From: a bacterium
GTDB lineage: Bacteria; UBA8248; JACPRG01; G963555815
Reading direction: 5' to 3'
DNA: 64,000 nt
NCBI GenBank assembly: GCA_965218795.1
Contig: OZ244653.1
Location: forward strand, 2,016,001-2,080,000
The position numbers and the translations under genes are program-made. Each line of letters begins with the position of its first letter. The stretch's first letter is position 1. The notes beneath the pieces are model-generated. The model made no database searches, was not told where the DNA came from, and was given only the letters and a program-made list of their open reading frames with translations. Below, piece by piece: positions 39,488-49,457 of this stretch.

Positions 39488-40795
39488 TTACGGCTCCATC
39501 CGCTTCAGGACGCGGGGCAGGGATTGGACGGAAACATCCGCCCGCCTTCCGCGGTTCAAATCCACCACGCCCGCTTTCCCGGCGGGCACGCTTCTGTGCC
39601 CGAGCACCACCGCGAATCGGAAGCCTGTCCCCCTGGCGAACTCAAGGGAGTCGGACAGATTGCGATCAATGACGTCCCGTGCAACGCGGAATCCCCGATC
39701 CCTCAACTTTCGAGCCAGGGTCAAAACCCGGTCCTTCCGCTTTGAAAAGTCGATCAGAAGCACGTCGGGCCCGGATGGGGAGAACCGCCCTCCTTCCTGC
39801 TGCTTGATCGTCTCCAGAAGCCCCCCAACGTCAATGGCGAAACCCGTTGCCGGAACGGATGCTCCAAATCGGCCGATCAGGCTGTCATAGCGTCCCCCGC
39901 TGCAAATGGGGAACCCCGCGAGAGGGGAGAAAACCTCGAAGACCGTCCCGGTGTAGTAATTGAAACCCCGGACCTCGCTGAGATCGAAGGTGACGTCATC
40001 CGAAACTCCGTAGACACGGAGCATATCCAGTACCGCGGACAACCCCTCCATGGCAGCCTTCGTTTCCCGGCCCGGCAGGGCTTTGCGCACCCGATTCAGG
40101 ACTTCCGGCCCACCCACCCACTCCGGAGCCTGGAGGAGGGCAGCCCGGACCTTTGGAGAGACGTTCAGTCGTCCCACGAGGCGATCCAATGAGCTCAGAT
40201 CCTTCCGTGCCAGGGCCTCGCGGTAGGCGGCCACCCATTCCGGTGAAGCGTCGATCCGCTCCAGGACGCCGCGCAGAAAACCCATGTGTGTCAGGATGAG
40301 GGAGAAACCCTTCAACCCGCATGAACGCAGGCTCTCGACCGCCACGGCGATCACCTCGGCGTCCGCTTCCAACGATTCCAGGCCGATCAGTTCAATCCCG
40401 CTCTGATGAAACTCCTGTTGAATGCGTCCCTGAGAATGCACGTACCGGTAGATTCTCCCCGCATAGCAAAGCCGGATCGGGAGGGGGCGGGTTTTGAGCG
40501 AAGTCGCTGCCAAGTGGGCGATTTGGGGGGTGATGTCCGAGCGCAGCGTGAGCAGCTCACCCGTCTCCCTGTCGATGATCTTGAACAGGTCTCCCAACGT
40601 CTGATGACCCAACCCGCGAGCCACGGTTTCGTAGTAATCCAGCGTGGGGGTGACAATTTCCTGGAACCCCCACCGAAGGAAAACTTCGAGAAGCTGAGAC
40701 TCCACCGCCCGTTTTCGCCCGGCTTCAGGCGGGAGATAGTACCGCACTCCCTTGGGAAGGCCGGGGCGGGGGGGGGCATTTTCCCGGTTTTCCAT
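39488..40795 (-). CDS. hisZ: ATP phosphoribosyltransferase regulatory subunit
   Basis: HisRS-like fold: LRSDITPQIA, RLCYAG, QSGIELIG, YYTG, SGGRYD, PATGF; adjacent to purA. Confidence 0.92.
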   Translation of the reverse strand: MENRENAPPRPGLPKGVRYYLPPEAGRKRAVESQLLEVFLRWGFQEIVTPTLDYYETVARGLGHQTLGDLFKIIDRETGELLTLRSDITPQIAHLAATSLKTRPLPIRLCYAGRIYRYVHSQGRIQQEFHQSGIELIGLESLEADAEVIAVAVESLRSCGLKGFSLILTHMGFLRGVLERIDASPEWVAAYREALARKDLSSLDRLVGRLNVSPKVRAALLQAPEWVGGPEVLNRVRKALPGRETKAAMEGLSAVLDMLRVYGVSDDVTFDLSEVRGFNYYTGTVFEVFSPLAGFPICSGGRYDSLIGRFGASVPATGFAIDVGGLLETIKQQEGGRFSPSGPDVLLIDFSKRKDRVLTLARKLRDRGFRVARDVIDRNLSDSLEFARGTGFRFAVVLGHRSVPAGKAGVVDLNRGRRADVSVQSLPRVLKRMEP

Positions 40796-40887
40796 CGGGT
40801 CGATCTCTTTCAATCCTTCGTCTCCGGCCCCCGAGGGCTCCCCGCCAACTTCCTGCGGGGACAAGCTTAGTCGGGGATCATACCGCA

Positions 40888-41100
40888 TGGATTCCCGCTT
40901 TCGCGGGAATGACGGACGATGGCCGCGTGCACCCCCAGTCTGTCATTCCCCAGGCCCCCTTCCCTGTCATTCCTGCGCAAGCAGGAACCAGGGTTGGCTG
41001 AGTCGTTTGTCATTCCCCCAAGCCCCAGTCCGGCGCGGAAGCCTCCGGCGGGAATGACGGAAGAGGACCGCGTGGACCCCTAACCGGTCATTCCTGCTAC
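40888..41100. repeat. REP-like palindrome cluster
   Basis: TGGATTCCCGCTTTCGCGGGAATGAC at 40888-40913, GTCATTCCTGCGCAAGCAGGAACCA at about 40966, plus several partial GTCATTCC copies. Confidence 0.8.
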
Positions 41101-41185
41101 AACCTGTCCCGAGAACATGGGCCTTCGGGACAGCATCCATTCACCAGGGGACAACTTGGCTCGTCAAGGAAGCTGACGGCTTGCG

Positions 41186-42190
41186 CTATGGAGTCACAGA
41201 CGAGGGAAGGCCTTCGGTGCAGACCGCGCAGGTATTCAGGCTGCTCCTACCCTTCATGAGGGCCTGCCGGAATCTCATGTACCGGTCGCCGTTCCATATT
41301 TGCCGGAAGCTGTTTTCCTGCAAGCTGCCGAGGACATATTGGCCGCGATCATCGTAACAACACGCGATCACCGAGCCATCCTGATTGATGACGGAATGCC
41401 GCCAGGGCCGCTTGCAGTCCAGCTTGTCGATATGCTCCGAGATATTCAGGACCGCCTCCGCGCTCGGATATCTCGTATAGCGGGAATCTTCGGGCAGATA
41501 CTTCCGGATGAGTTCATCCGCGTTGGGGTCGTTCGCGTTGATTCCCACGGTCTTCAGGCGGAAAAGGTCCACCCGCATCATCTTGGCGAGTTCCCTCGCT
41601 TCCTTGATCTCGTGGATGTTGTGCTTCATGGCAATGAACTGGAACTCGACCACCGGGGTCTTGGAACCGACCGAATCCCGATACTCGATGACCCGCTGAA
41701 CGTCTTCGACAATCCGGTCGAGCTTCGCCCCGATTCGAAATTCGGCCAGACTCTTTTGCGTCGCGCCGTCCATCGATACGATCATGAAATCCAGACCGGA
41801 TTCCATCACTTTTTCCGGGGCGTCGGGTTCTCGAAAATAATGCCCGTTGGTGCTTGTCAGGACTTTAATGTGCCGGTCCTTGGCGTAGCGAATCATCCGG
41901 TAGACATCTTTATGCATGAAAGGCTCGCCCAAATTCCACAATCGGATCTTGGAGGTCGTCGGCCAGATCTCATCGATGATTTTCTTGTAGAGTTCAAAGT
42001 CCATCAGCGCGCCCGGCCGGTTCAGCGTTCCGGCTCCGGTCGGGCAAGTGGGGCAGCCCAGATTGCAGACACTCGCCGGCTCGATCATCAAGTCGTCCGG
42101 AAGTCCCCAAACCCGGGTTTTGCCCATCAGGAAGGACAACTCGAAGAGGGCCTTGTTCGCAAGACGCCTCAGCCAATACCACCACTTCAT
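41186..42190 (-). CDS. Radical SAM protein with SPASM/twitch domain
   Basis: CNLGCPTC, GEP, STNG, CKRPW...DGSVIACCYD, C-terminal CAVC. Confidence 0.92.
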   Translation of the reverse strand: MKWWYWLRRLANKALFELSFLMGKTRVWGLPDDLMIEPASVCNLGCPTCPTGAGTLNRPGALMDFELYKKIIDEIWPTTSKIRLWNLGEPFMHKDVYRMIRYAKDRHIKVLTSTNGHYFREPDAPEKVMESGLDFMIVSMDGATQKSLAEFRIGAKLDRIVEDVQRVIEYRDSVGSKTPVVEFQFIAMKHNIHEIKEARELAKMMRVDLFRLKTVGINANDPNADELIRKYLPEDSRYTRYPSAEAVLNISEHIDKLDCKRPWRHSVINQDGSVIACCYDDRGQYVLGSLQENSFRQIWNGDRYMRFRQALMKGRSSLNTCAVCTEGLPSSVTP

Positions 42191-42330
42191 TGAGCGCCTC
42201 TCTTGAAAACGCGGAGTTATCGCTTGAATGGAAATACGGCGCGTTGCCTCGCGCCTTGACGCCCTCTTTCGCTGCGCCTTCCCTGCATACTCTAATTTCG
42301 CGGCTTGCTCCTGTCAATCATTATGCCGCA

Positions 42331-42356
42331 TGGATTCCCGCTATAGCGGGAATCCA
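42331..42356. repeat. Perfect 26-bp REP-like palindrome
   Basis: TGGATTCCCGCTATAGCGGGAATCCA. Confidence 0.8.
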
Positions 42357-42384
42357 GATGGCTGCGATGGCGCGGAGCCAGGCA

Positions 42385-42428
42385 AAAAAGAAGCCGGAGC
42401 GGCTTTTCGGCCGCTCCGGCTTCTTTTT
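42385..42428 (-). terminator. Rho-independent terminator downstream of the porin gene (bidirectional shape)
   Basis: 19-bp perfect stem AAAAAGAAGCCGGAGCGGC / GCCGCTCCGGCTTCTTTTT with a 6-nt loop. Confidence 0.9.
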
Positions 42429-42472
42429 GCTTCTTGCTTCTTAATATTGACTCCGACCTGCTCAGCGGCGTC

Positions 42473-43849
42473 TTAGAAGAACCACTGAAGCCTCCAAACC
42501 GCCAGCCAGGAATCGTCGTTCTTCTCGGAGCCATCCGCAGGCTCCCCATACTCGCCCGCGGACAGGTAGCCAAAATTGCCGTGCAGCGCTATGCCCTTGT
42601 AGATCGACCATACCGCTCCCACGTCGATCTCCGTCCCGATGAACTTGTCGGAGACGCGATCGGCGCGCAAATCGGCTTCCGCCGAGGAGATGAAGCCCAC
42701 CGTGCCGTGGAGCTTCAGGGCCTTGGTGAGGACGTACGCCGCGTCGACCGAGATCGTGCTGGTCCCGTTGCCGGAAGAGCCGCCGGCCCCGCCGATGTTC
42801 CGGCCCAAGCCCCCGACCGTGACGCCGCCGGCGGCGAGGTCCGCGCTACCGCCGCCGGACACGTTGCTGGTGTCCGCGTACTTTTCGCCGAACCACAGGT
42901 TCGTCGGACCCTGGGTGCGGGTCTTACCAGGCACCCCGAAGAACAAGCTGATCTCATCGTCACCGGCGTCGTTGTCGCCCGAAGCGTTCACGTAGTTCAC
43001 GGACGCCGTGAGCGGACCCCAGGAACCGCCGACCTCGACCCATATCAGATGCGCGCGGACGTCCGTGTTATTGTACTCGCCCGTCTGGTAGATGAAGTCG
43101 AGCTTCCCGAAGAAGTTCCCCTGCCGCGTTGAGATCTGGACCGCCGGCCAGGTCAGTTCCCGAGTCATATCAGAAGACTCATCCCTCAGGACAGAGAGGT
43201 AAGGCATCACCCGGATGCCCTTCATCATCGAGAAGGGCAGCTTGAGGACGTAGAGATCGCTGTCGTCGCTATGCGCCAGTTCGTTCTCTAGCAGCTTCCA
43301 GGCCTCAAAGCGGGGCTTCAGGCCCATCATCCCGGGCACGCTTCCCCAGACCTGAATGGAGTAATCGCGCAATTGCGGAACCATCCCTATTTGACCCCGG
43401 GGGGAGAACCCGTTGTCACGGCCCCCCCTCACGAACCAGCCGGGCATGCCGGGCACCTGAATCTGCAGGTTGTAGACCGTCGCGTTCACGGTTTCCGGCG
43501 TCCTGAAGCCATTGCCCGCCGCGGGGCCACAACAATACCCACCGCCCCAGTGGGGACTGCCATTTCCGCCGACGGCGTTCCAGACCGGAATGTCCAATTC
43601 GACGAACATCCGGGCCTTGTCCGCCATGGTCGCTGTGAGGCGGGGCCGGAACACCGAGTCGAGCCAAGCTTCGTTATCGTCGTTATCGTCATTCCGGTCC
43701 CGGTTGTCGGTCGCGACTCCCCGGATGCGGTAATAGCCGCCGAACTTGAACTTGACCGCGTCCATCTGCGCCTTTGCTATTGCCACGACACCGAAGAGCA
43801 TGACAAGAGCCACGGCGAGGCCTAAGAGTTTCTTACACATCTCGATCAT
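42473..43849 (-). CDS. Outer-membrane beta-barrel porin (alginate-export-like)
   Basis: Signal peptide, KFGGYYRIRG, IGTEIDV, alternating beta strands, C-terminal Phe; GGAGG RBS. Confidence 0.85.
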   Translation of the reverse strand: MIEMCKKLLGLAVALVMLFGVVAIAKAQMDAVKFKFGGYYRIRGVATDNRDRNDDNDDNEAWLDSVFRPRLTATMADKARMFVELDIPVWNAVGGNGSPHWGGGYCCGPAAGNGFRTPETVNATVYNLQIQVPGMPGWFVRGGRDNGFSPRGQIGMVPQLRDYSIQVWGSVPGMMGLKPRFEAWKLLENELAHSDDSDLYVLKLPFSMMKGIRVMPYLSVLRDESSDMTRELTWPAVQISTRQGNFFGKLDFIYQTGEYNNTDVRAHLIWVEVGGSWGPLTASVNYVNASGDNDAGDDEISLFFGVPGKTRTQGPTNLWFGEKYADTSNVSGGGSADLAAGGVTVGGLGRNIGGAGGSSGNGTSTISVDAAYVLTKALKLHGTVGFISSAEADLRADRVSDKFIGTEIDVGAVWSIYKGIALHGNFGYLSAGEYGEPADGSEKNDDSWLAVWRLQWFF

Positions 43850-44028
43850 CCCTCCAGAAGAGGCTCAAGGAAGATTAGCCGCCGTTTCACGCCAACCAAC
43901 GGCAACCATTGCTCATACGCACAAGAACACCCAAAAGCTTGTCGTTCCCTCCCTCCTTTCTCTGTCTCAGCCATTTGACTTCCCCGCTCTATCTAACAGA
44001 TACCGCCTGACCGAATTCGTGACAGTAT

Positions 44029-44066
44029 TGTAACCCCTCTGTAACCATACCGCTGTAACCATACCG
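44029..44066. promoter_or_regulatory. TGTAACC direct-repeat boxes upstream of the porin gene
   Basis: TGTAACC three times; GTAAC-N6-GTAAC spacing; 14-bp tandem duplication CTGTAACCATACCG. Confidence 0.45.
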
Positions 44067-44375
44067 CCCGATATTGCACTTGACGAAAAATTTGCGTCTT
44101 GCACTTGCGCGATGACGCAAGGTCTTCTTTCTCCCCGCAAACGAACTATTGGAGAATTCTAACAATCCATTCATGAGGCTGTCAAGCCATTCATAAGGTT
44201 GTCAAGATGTTTTTTGAGATTTTTTTCTCTTCCAACGGGTGAAGTGCACGGCATTCGTTTCTGGATTCCCGCCCCCGGCTCCAGCGCCCGGGGACATGCC
44301 CCGCAGGAATGCCGGCTGAAGCATTCGCGGGTCTCGTCCGTCTGTCGATGAAGGCGCCGGCGTCTTTCGGGGGCT

Positions 44376-46337
44376 CTACCCTTTTTTCAAGCGGTAGACA
44401 ACCAAGCGCGTCGTGCCGGCCTTGAGTGACAGGAGCTTGCTTTCCACGACGGCGGCCGCCAGCTCTTCTTCGCCGTCGCCATCCAGGTCCACGAACTGGT
44501 AATCGGCCACGATTCCCCCGACTTGTCTGGACCGCCACTGCTCCGTCAACACGCTCCCGTCCCATGCCAAGGCCGCGATCTCGGCATCGCCCATGCCGAG
44601 GTTCTCGATGTACGCGACCCGCCGCAGATTAACCGGAACCACCAGATCGGGCTTCCTGTCTCCCGTGACATCTCTCAACAGAAGCCGTCCGCGGATGATC
44701 TCGAATTTCGGGTCCGCGTCCGCCCCGTGGATGAGGTTTGGAGTCTCGGGGCGCGTCAGAGCCTGATCGTAGCGAAATCGGGTGGAGTATCCGCCATAGG
44801 TCCGTCGCGTCTCATGGATGACGCTTCCGTCCCCCTTGTAAACGGCGATCCGGCCGAACCTCTTGACTTCGACGATTTCCGAAATTCCGTCTTCATCGAT
44901 GTCCCAGTAATTGAATCCGTAGACGGTGAGACCTCTGGGCAGGGGCAGCGGTTTCTTTTCAACCGGGCCGCCGTTCCTCCATTCGTACTCGTACACCTTT
45001 CCATAAAAAGGGGATTCCAGGCCAAGGGCCTGTCCCGCAAGGATCGGCCTGCCGTCCATGCCCTGAATGACGCGGAAGAAAGAATCCAGACCGCTTTTGA
45101 GAATCCCGTACTTTCCCTTCTCGAACCCCACCACAAAGCTGTTGAGGGCGGGATGCCGATAATTCGTGACGTAAATCTCTGGCCGCCCGTCTCCGTTCAG
45201 ATCGATCGAGTCGACCGTGAGGAACCGGTCGCCCGCGGAGGCCCGATAGGAGAACTCCTCGGCCAGAACACCCTTTTCCCAACGATAAACGTTGAGTTCG
45301 CTGTCGTGGATCAGGACGACTTCCTGCTGTCCGTCCCCGTCAAAATCTCCGGCGGCGAGGCCGCTCGCGACCCAATCCAGTCTTTGGCTTCGCTGAATGC
45401 CCCGGCGCGGCGCTCCCTTGCGAATCCGGAAATTCGGATTCAACGGAGAACCCCGGTCGAGATCACGGTTCGGTCCTTCGTCCAGCCGCAGGCCCCCGCG
45501 CCGCCCTCCTGGACCCGCCGAGGCGACGACGGCCGGCATGGCGCCGACCATGGCGGTGAACGCCCTCCCGGTCTTTCCATTCTCAAGGCTGCCAAGACGC
45601 GACTCGAGAACGCGGCGGTCGCCCAGTTTCCTCAATTCGGTGACGAGGACTCGGTCCGTGCGAACCAGATCGCGCAGGCGGGCCCGATACTTGGGGCTCA
45701 GCACGGATTTCACAGGAATCCGCTTTTCCAGGAGCCAAACCCGAAGTTTGTCGACGTCAAAGACCTCGAACCGTCCCGTTCGCTCCAGGAGGGCCCGATA
45801 GTCCAGCAGGACTTCATCCTGATCGAAGGGCTTCTTCGTATCGTTCACGATTGGAAGCAAAGCCACCCGAATTCGAGCGGCCGTGATGCGGACCCCGTCG
45901 CCGGCCCGAGGGGCCAACGGGCCCTTCGGGGAGAATCGGGCAACGACGAATTTATCCCGAACCTCGGTGATGACGGCGGTTCCGAGGTCTTCTTCGAAGT
46001 GTCCCAGCACTTCCCCCGTGATGGGATGCTTAAAGGCTCCCATCTTCCGGAAGACATTCATTCTTGTTCCCGGCCTGACGCCTGTGTTCCCTTCCAGGGT
46101 GAGATAAAGCTGCTCTCCCCTGACAGAGGCCACCAGGCCATTGACCCGGGGGAATTCCTCCAGAAGCTTTGTGACGATTCGCCGAATGGCCGAACGGTGG
46201 TCCAACCGACTTGTCGGGGCAACGGGATCAAGGACGCTGCGCTGACCCGAGGCGGTACCGGCGACGGCAGTCAGCAAACACCAGGTCAAGCAATGGAAAA
46301 TCCAGATTCTTGCCTTTTTTCCCATCCTGTTTTTCAT
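44376..46337 (-). CDS. Exported VCBS/FG-GAP repeat protein with FlgT-C-like N-terminal domain
   Basis: Signal peptide, FKHPITGEVLG, GDFDGDG, DLNGDG, DIDEDG, DVTGD, DLDGDG repeats. Confidence 0.85.
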   Translation of the reverse strand: MKNRMGKKARIWIFHCLTWCLLTAVAGTASGQRSVLDPVAPTSRLDHRSAIRRIVTKLLEEFPRVNGLVASVRGEQLYLTLEGNTGVRPGTRMNVFRKMGAFKHPITGEVLGHFEEDLGTAVITEVRDKFVVARFSPKGPLAPRAGDGVRITAARIRVALLPIVNDTKKPFDQDEVLLDYRALLERTGRFEVFDVDKLRVWLLEKRIPVKSVLSPKYRARLRDLVRTDRVLVTELRKLGDRRVLESRLGSLENGKTGRAFTAMVGAMPAVVASAGPGGRRGGLRLDEGPNRDLDRGSPLNPNFRIRKGAPRRGIQRSQRLDWVASGLAAGDFDGDGQQEVVLIHDSELNVYRWEKGVLAEEFSYRASAGDRFLTVDSIDLNGDGRPEIYVTNYRHPALNSFVVGFEKGKYGILKSGLDSFFRVIQGMDGRPILAGQALGLESPFYGKVYEYEWRNGGPVEKKPLPLPRGLTVYGFNYWDIDEDGISEIVEVKRFGRIAVYKGDGSVIHETRRTYGGYSTRFRYDQALTRPETPNLIHGADADPKFEIIRGRLLLRDVTGDRKPDLVVPVNLRRVAYIENLGMGDAEIAALAWDGSVLTEQWRSRQVGGIVADYQFVDLDGDGEEELAAAVVESKLLSLKAGTTRLVVYRLKKG

Positions 46338-46850
46338 CGAAATGTCCCATGGAATCGCCGGGTTGCGCCGGCTTGTTGAAAAGAATTGCCATAAGGCGGA
46401 ATTCGCAGTCGAAGTTTGCGGTCATCCCCCCATTCTTTGAATGGACAGGTCTTCGGAAAAAGGCTGTCGAGAAAACCTGGACTTCACCTTGAAAGAATAC
46501 TCAAATTGCGATCAGTCCGCAAGAATCAAAGAAAAGCCGGAATCCGGGATGATTCGGCGGCCCGCGCCGGCTCCAGATAAGGCGAGCGCCGGGCGACCCC
46601 GCCGTCCGGAGAGTCATGAACCTGATGTCATGGGCTTGACGGGGCGGTTCAGGAAGGCCGCGCCCCGTGGAGTCAGCAGAAATCTCTTGCAGAGAATCTC
46701 AACGTTCGGTAGTTTGGATCGGTCAGTCCACCCAGACGTTGTCGGTTGAGAAGGAACCATCATGATGCCCCTGGGCCGCGGTGTGTCGGCCCGCCACTTT
46801 ACCTGCGCCCACGGAAGGACCATCCAGGAAAGGTATTAAGGAGAGAAACC

Positions 46851-47861
46851 ATGAAAAGAATATCGGCCTGTCTGAGCATTTCGGGTATGGCTCTTCTGCT
46901 GTTCCTCATGACGTCGGCCGTTGCGAACGTGACCGCGGTCTGGGCCGCAAAGCCGTTGAAGGTCGCGCTGATTCTCCCCGGGAGAATCGACGACGTGTCG
47001 TGGAATCAGGCCATGTACGAAGGGCTGATGAAGGTGAAGAGAGAGATGGGCGACGCGCTGCAGGTGAAGGTCACGGAAGAGGTCTACAACGTCGCCGATA
47101 CGGAACCGGCCTTGCGGGATTTCGCCTCGCTGGGATACGACCTGGTCATCGGTCACGGTTTTCAGTTCCAGGAGACCATGATGAAGGTGGCGCCCCAGTT
47201 TCCCAAGGTCAAGTTCGCCCTGGCCTCGGGGTTCAAACTGAAACCCAACGTCGCCATCTATGACGTCAATCTGCAGGAAGGCGGTTACATCATGGGGATC
47301 CTCGCCGGTCTGCTGACCAAGTCCGACAAGGTCGGCGTATTGGGGGGAGTGGATGTCGCGGAGATCCACCGGGGCCACGCGGGCTTCAAGCACGGCGTCA
47401 AGTCCATCAATCCCTGCATCCAGGTCATGGAGCTTTTTACCGGCGATTGGCGCGACGCGGCGAAGGCCAAAGAAGGGGCCATCTCCATGTACGAATCCGG
47501 CGCGGACATCATCTGGCACAGCGGCGACGGCATCGGACTGGGCGTGGTGGAGGCCGCGAAAGAGAAAAACCGGCTCGTCCTCGGAAACGTCGCCGATCAA
47601 CACAAGCTGGCGCCCGATAACGTGCTCAGTTGCGTCATCTATAAATGGGATTCCGTCATCCGGAATATGGTCCGCGACATCAAATCGGGGAAATACGGCA
47701 ACAACAAATACTGGATCACGTTCGCCAACAAAGGTATCAGCATCTCCCCCTTCCGAAACCTCTCCGGGCGCCTCTCCGCATCGGCGAAGGGCAAGGTGGA
47801 GGAAGCCCTCAGGCAGTTGGCCGCAATGAAGGTGATGTTTCCCAAAGAGAAAAAGAAGTAG
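46851..47861 (+). CDS. BMP-family (nucleoside) ABC transporter substrate-binding protein
   Basis: PGRIDDVSWNQ, GYDLVIGHGFQF, GADII; AAGGAG RBS. Confidence 0.9.
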   Translation: MKRISACLSISGMALLLFLMTSAVANVTAVWAAKPLKVALILPGRIDDVSWNQAMYEGLMKVKREMGDALQVKVTEEVYNVADTEPALRDFASLGYDLVIGHGFQFQETMMKVAPQFPKVKFALASGFKLKPNVAIYDVNLQEGGYIMGILAGLLTKSDKVGVLGGVDVAEIHRGHAGFKHGVKSINPCIQVMELFTGDWRDAAKAKEGAISMYESGADIIWHSGDGIGLGVVEAAKEKNRLVLGNVADQHKLAPDNVLSCVIYKWDSVIRNMVRDIKSGKYGNNKYWITFANKGISISPFRNLSGRLSASAKGKVEEALRQLAAMKVMFPKEKKK

Positions 47862-49420
47862 TGATTTCCGATCCCGGAGGGAAACCGCAACCCTCCATCC
47901 GAATGGAGGGCATGACCAAGGTCTTTTCCCATCACGTCGCCGCCAACGACGGGGTCGACTACGCCGCCTTCCCCGGGGAGATTCATGGTCTCCTCGGGGA
48001 AAACGGCGCGGGCAAGACGACCTTGATGAAAATCCTCTACGGTCTCTATCAGCCGGACGAAGGACGCATCTTTATCCGGGGAGAGCCGGAGGTCATTGCT
48101 TCCCCCTTTCGCGCGATTCGATTGGGCATCGGCATGGTTCACCAGCACTTCATGCTGGTGCAACCCCTGCGTGTCGTCGAAAACATCCTTCTCGCCGAAC
48201 AGCGCAATAAGAAATTCATCCTCGACCTCAACGTGGCGGCCGAGCGGGTGAAGGGGATCAGCGAGGAGTATCGCCTGCTGGTGGATCCGTGGGCCCGAAT
48301 CTGGCAGTTGTCGGTCGGCGAGCAGCAGCGCGTCGAGATTCTCAACGCCCTCTACTACGGCGCCGATATCCTGATCCTGGACGAGCCCACTTCGGTTCTC
48401 ACCCCGCAGGAAAGCGACGAACTGGGCCGGGCCCTTCGGTTAATGGCCGATTCGGGGAAAACGGTCATCTTCATCAGCCATAAGCTCGACGAAGTCATCA
48501 AGTTCACCGATCGGGTGACGGTTCTGCGCGACGGGCGGGTGGTTCGAACCCAGCCGACCGGGGAAACGACCAAGGCGGACCTGGCCCGCATGATGGTCGG
48601 TCGGGAGGTCCTGTTCGATTTCCCTAAAACATCCAAGCCGCCCGGAGAACCCGTTTGCCGCGTCCGGGGGCTTGGCGCCATGGGCGACCGGGGACTTCCC
48701 GCGCTGAAGGGAGTCACTTTCGATGTGCATCGCGGGGAGATCCTCGGCATGGCCGGGGTGGACGGAAACGGCCAAAAGGAGCTGACGGAAACCTTGACCG
48801 GCTTGCGACCTTCCACATCGGGGGAAATCCGCATCATGGGAGATGCGGCCGGGCTCAACCGTCCGAAGGATTTCATCAACGCCGGGGTGGCTCATATCCC
48901 GCAGGACCGGCGCAACATGGGCCTCGCCACCGCCCTGCCTCTCTGGCAAAACGCCATCCTGAAAAATTTCGACCGCCCGCCGGTCTCCATAGGCGGGCTT
49001 CTCCGGTTTTCGGCGATCCGGTCATTCCTGGGACGGATCATGGAAGAATTTCGGATCCAGGCGTCCAAGCGCAAGACCGTCCTGGCCCGCCAGCTCTCCG
49101 GAGGAAATCAACAGCGACTGGTCCTGGGCCGCGAATTTTCGATGAATCCGGAGCTTCTCGTCGCCAATCAGCCGACCCAAGGGCTGGATGTCGGCGCCAC
49201 CGAATACGTGCGCGAGAAGCTGCTGGAGCAGAGAAAGCAGGGAATGGCCATCCTCCTGATATCTACGGACCTGGAGGAAATTCTGCAGCTCAGCGATCGG
49301 GTGGCCATCCTCTATGAAGGCGAGATCATGGACATCATTCCGGCGGAAAAGGTGGAGGTGGAGACATTGGGCCTGCTCATGGCAGGGAGCCGCCCGGCGA
49401 AAGTGAATGGAAACGGCTGA
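47861..49420 (+). CDS. Nucleoside/sugar ABC transporter ATP-binding protein (two NBDs)
   Basis: GENGAGKTT, GMVHQHF, LSVGEQQRVEI, LSGGNQQ. Confidence 0.93.
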   Translation: MISDPGGKPQPSIRMEGMTKVFSHHVAANDGVDYAAFPGEIHGLLGENGAGKTTLMKILYGLYQPDEGRIFIRGEPEVIASPFRAIRLGIGMVHQHFMLVQPLRVVENILLAEQRNKKFILDLNVAAERVKGISEEYRLLVDPWARIWQLSVGEQQRVEILNALYYGADILILDEPTSVLTPQESDELGRALRLMADSGKTVIFISHKLDEVIKFTDRVTVLRDGRVVRTQPTGETTKADLARMMVGREVLFDFPKTSKPPGEPVCRVRGLGAMGDRGLPALKGVTFDVHRGEILGMAGVDGNGQKELTETLTGLRPSTSGEIRIMGDAAGLNRPKDFINAGVAHIPQDRRNMGLATALPLWQNAILKNFDRPPVSIGGLLRFSAIRSFLGRIMEEFRIQASKRKTVLARQLSGGNQQRLVLGREFSMNPELLVANQPTQGLDVGATEYVREKLLEQRKQGMAILLISTDLEEILQLSDRVAILYEGEIMDIIPAEKVEVETLGLLMAGSRPAKVNGNG

Positions 49421-49457
49421 ACCCATCACATGGCCCGCTCGACCTGACGCGAATTGA

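Noticed and set aside
44523-46379. Long antisense ORFs (618 aa here, also 15373-17061 and 9782-10891)
   Set aside because: Shadows of well-supported opposite-strand genes in GC-rich DNA
46560-46850. Purine riboswitch before the BMP operon; xanthine/TPP riboswitch before the NMT1 gene (62490-62870)
   Set aside because: No consensus recognised by eye; an Rfam covariance search would be needed
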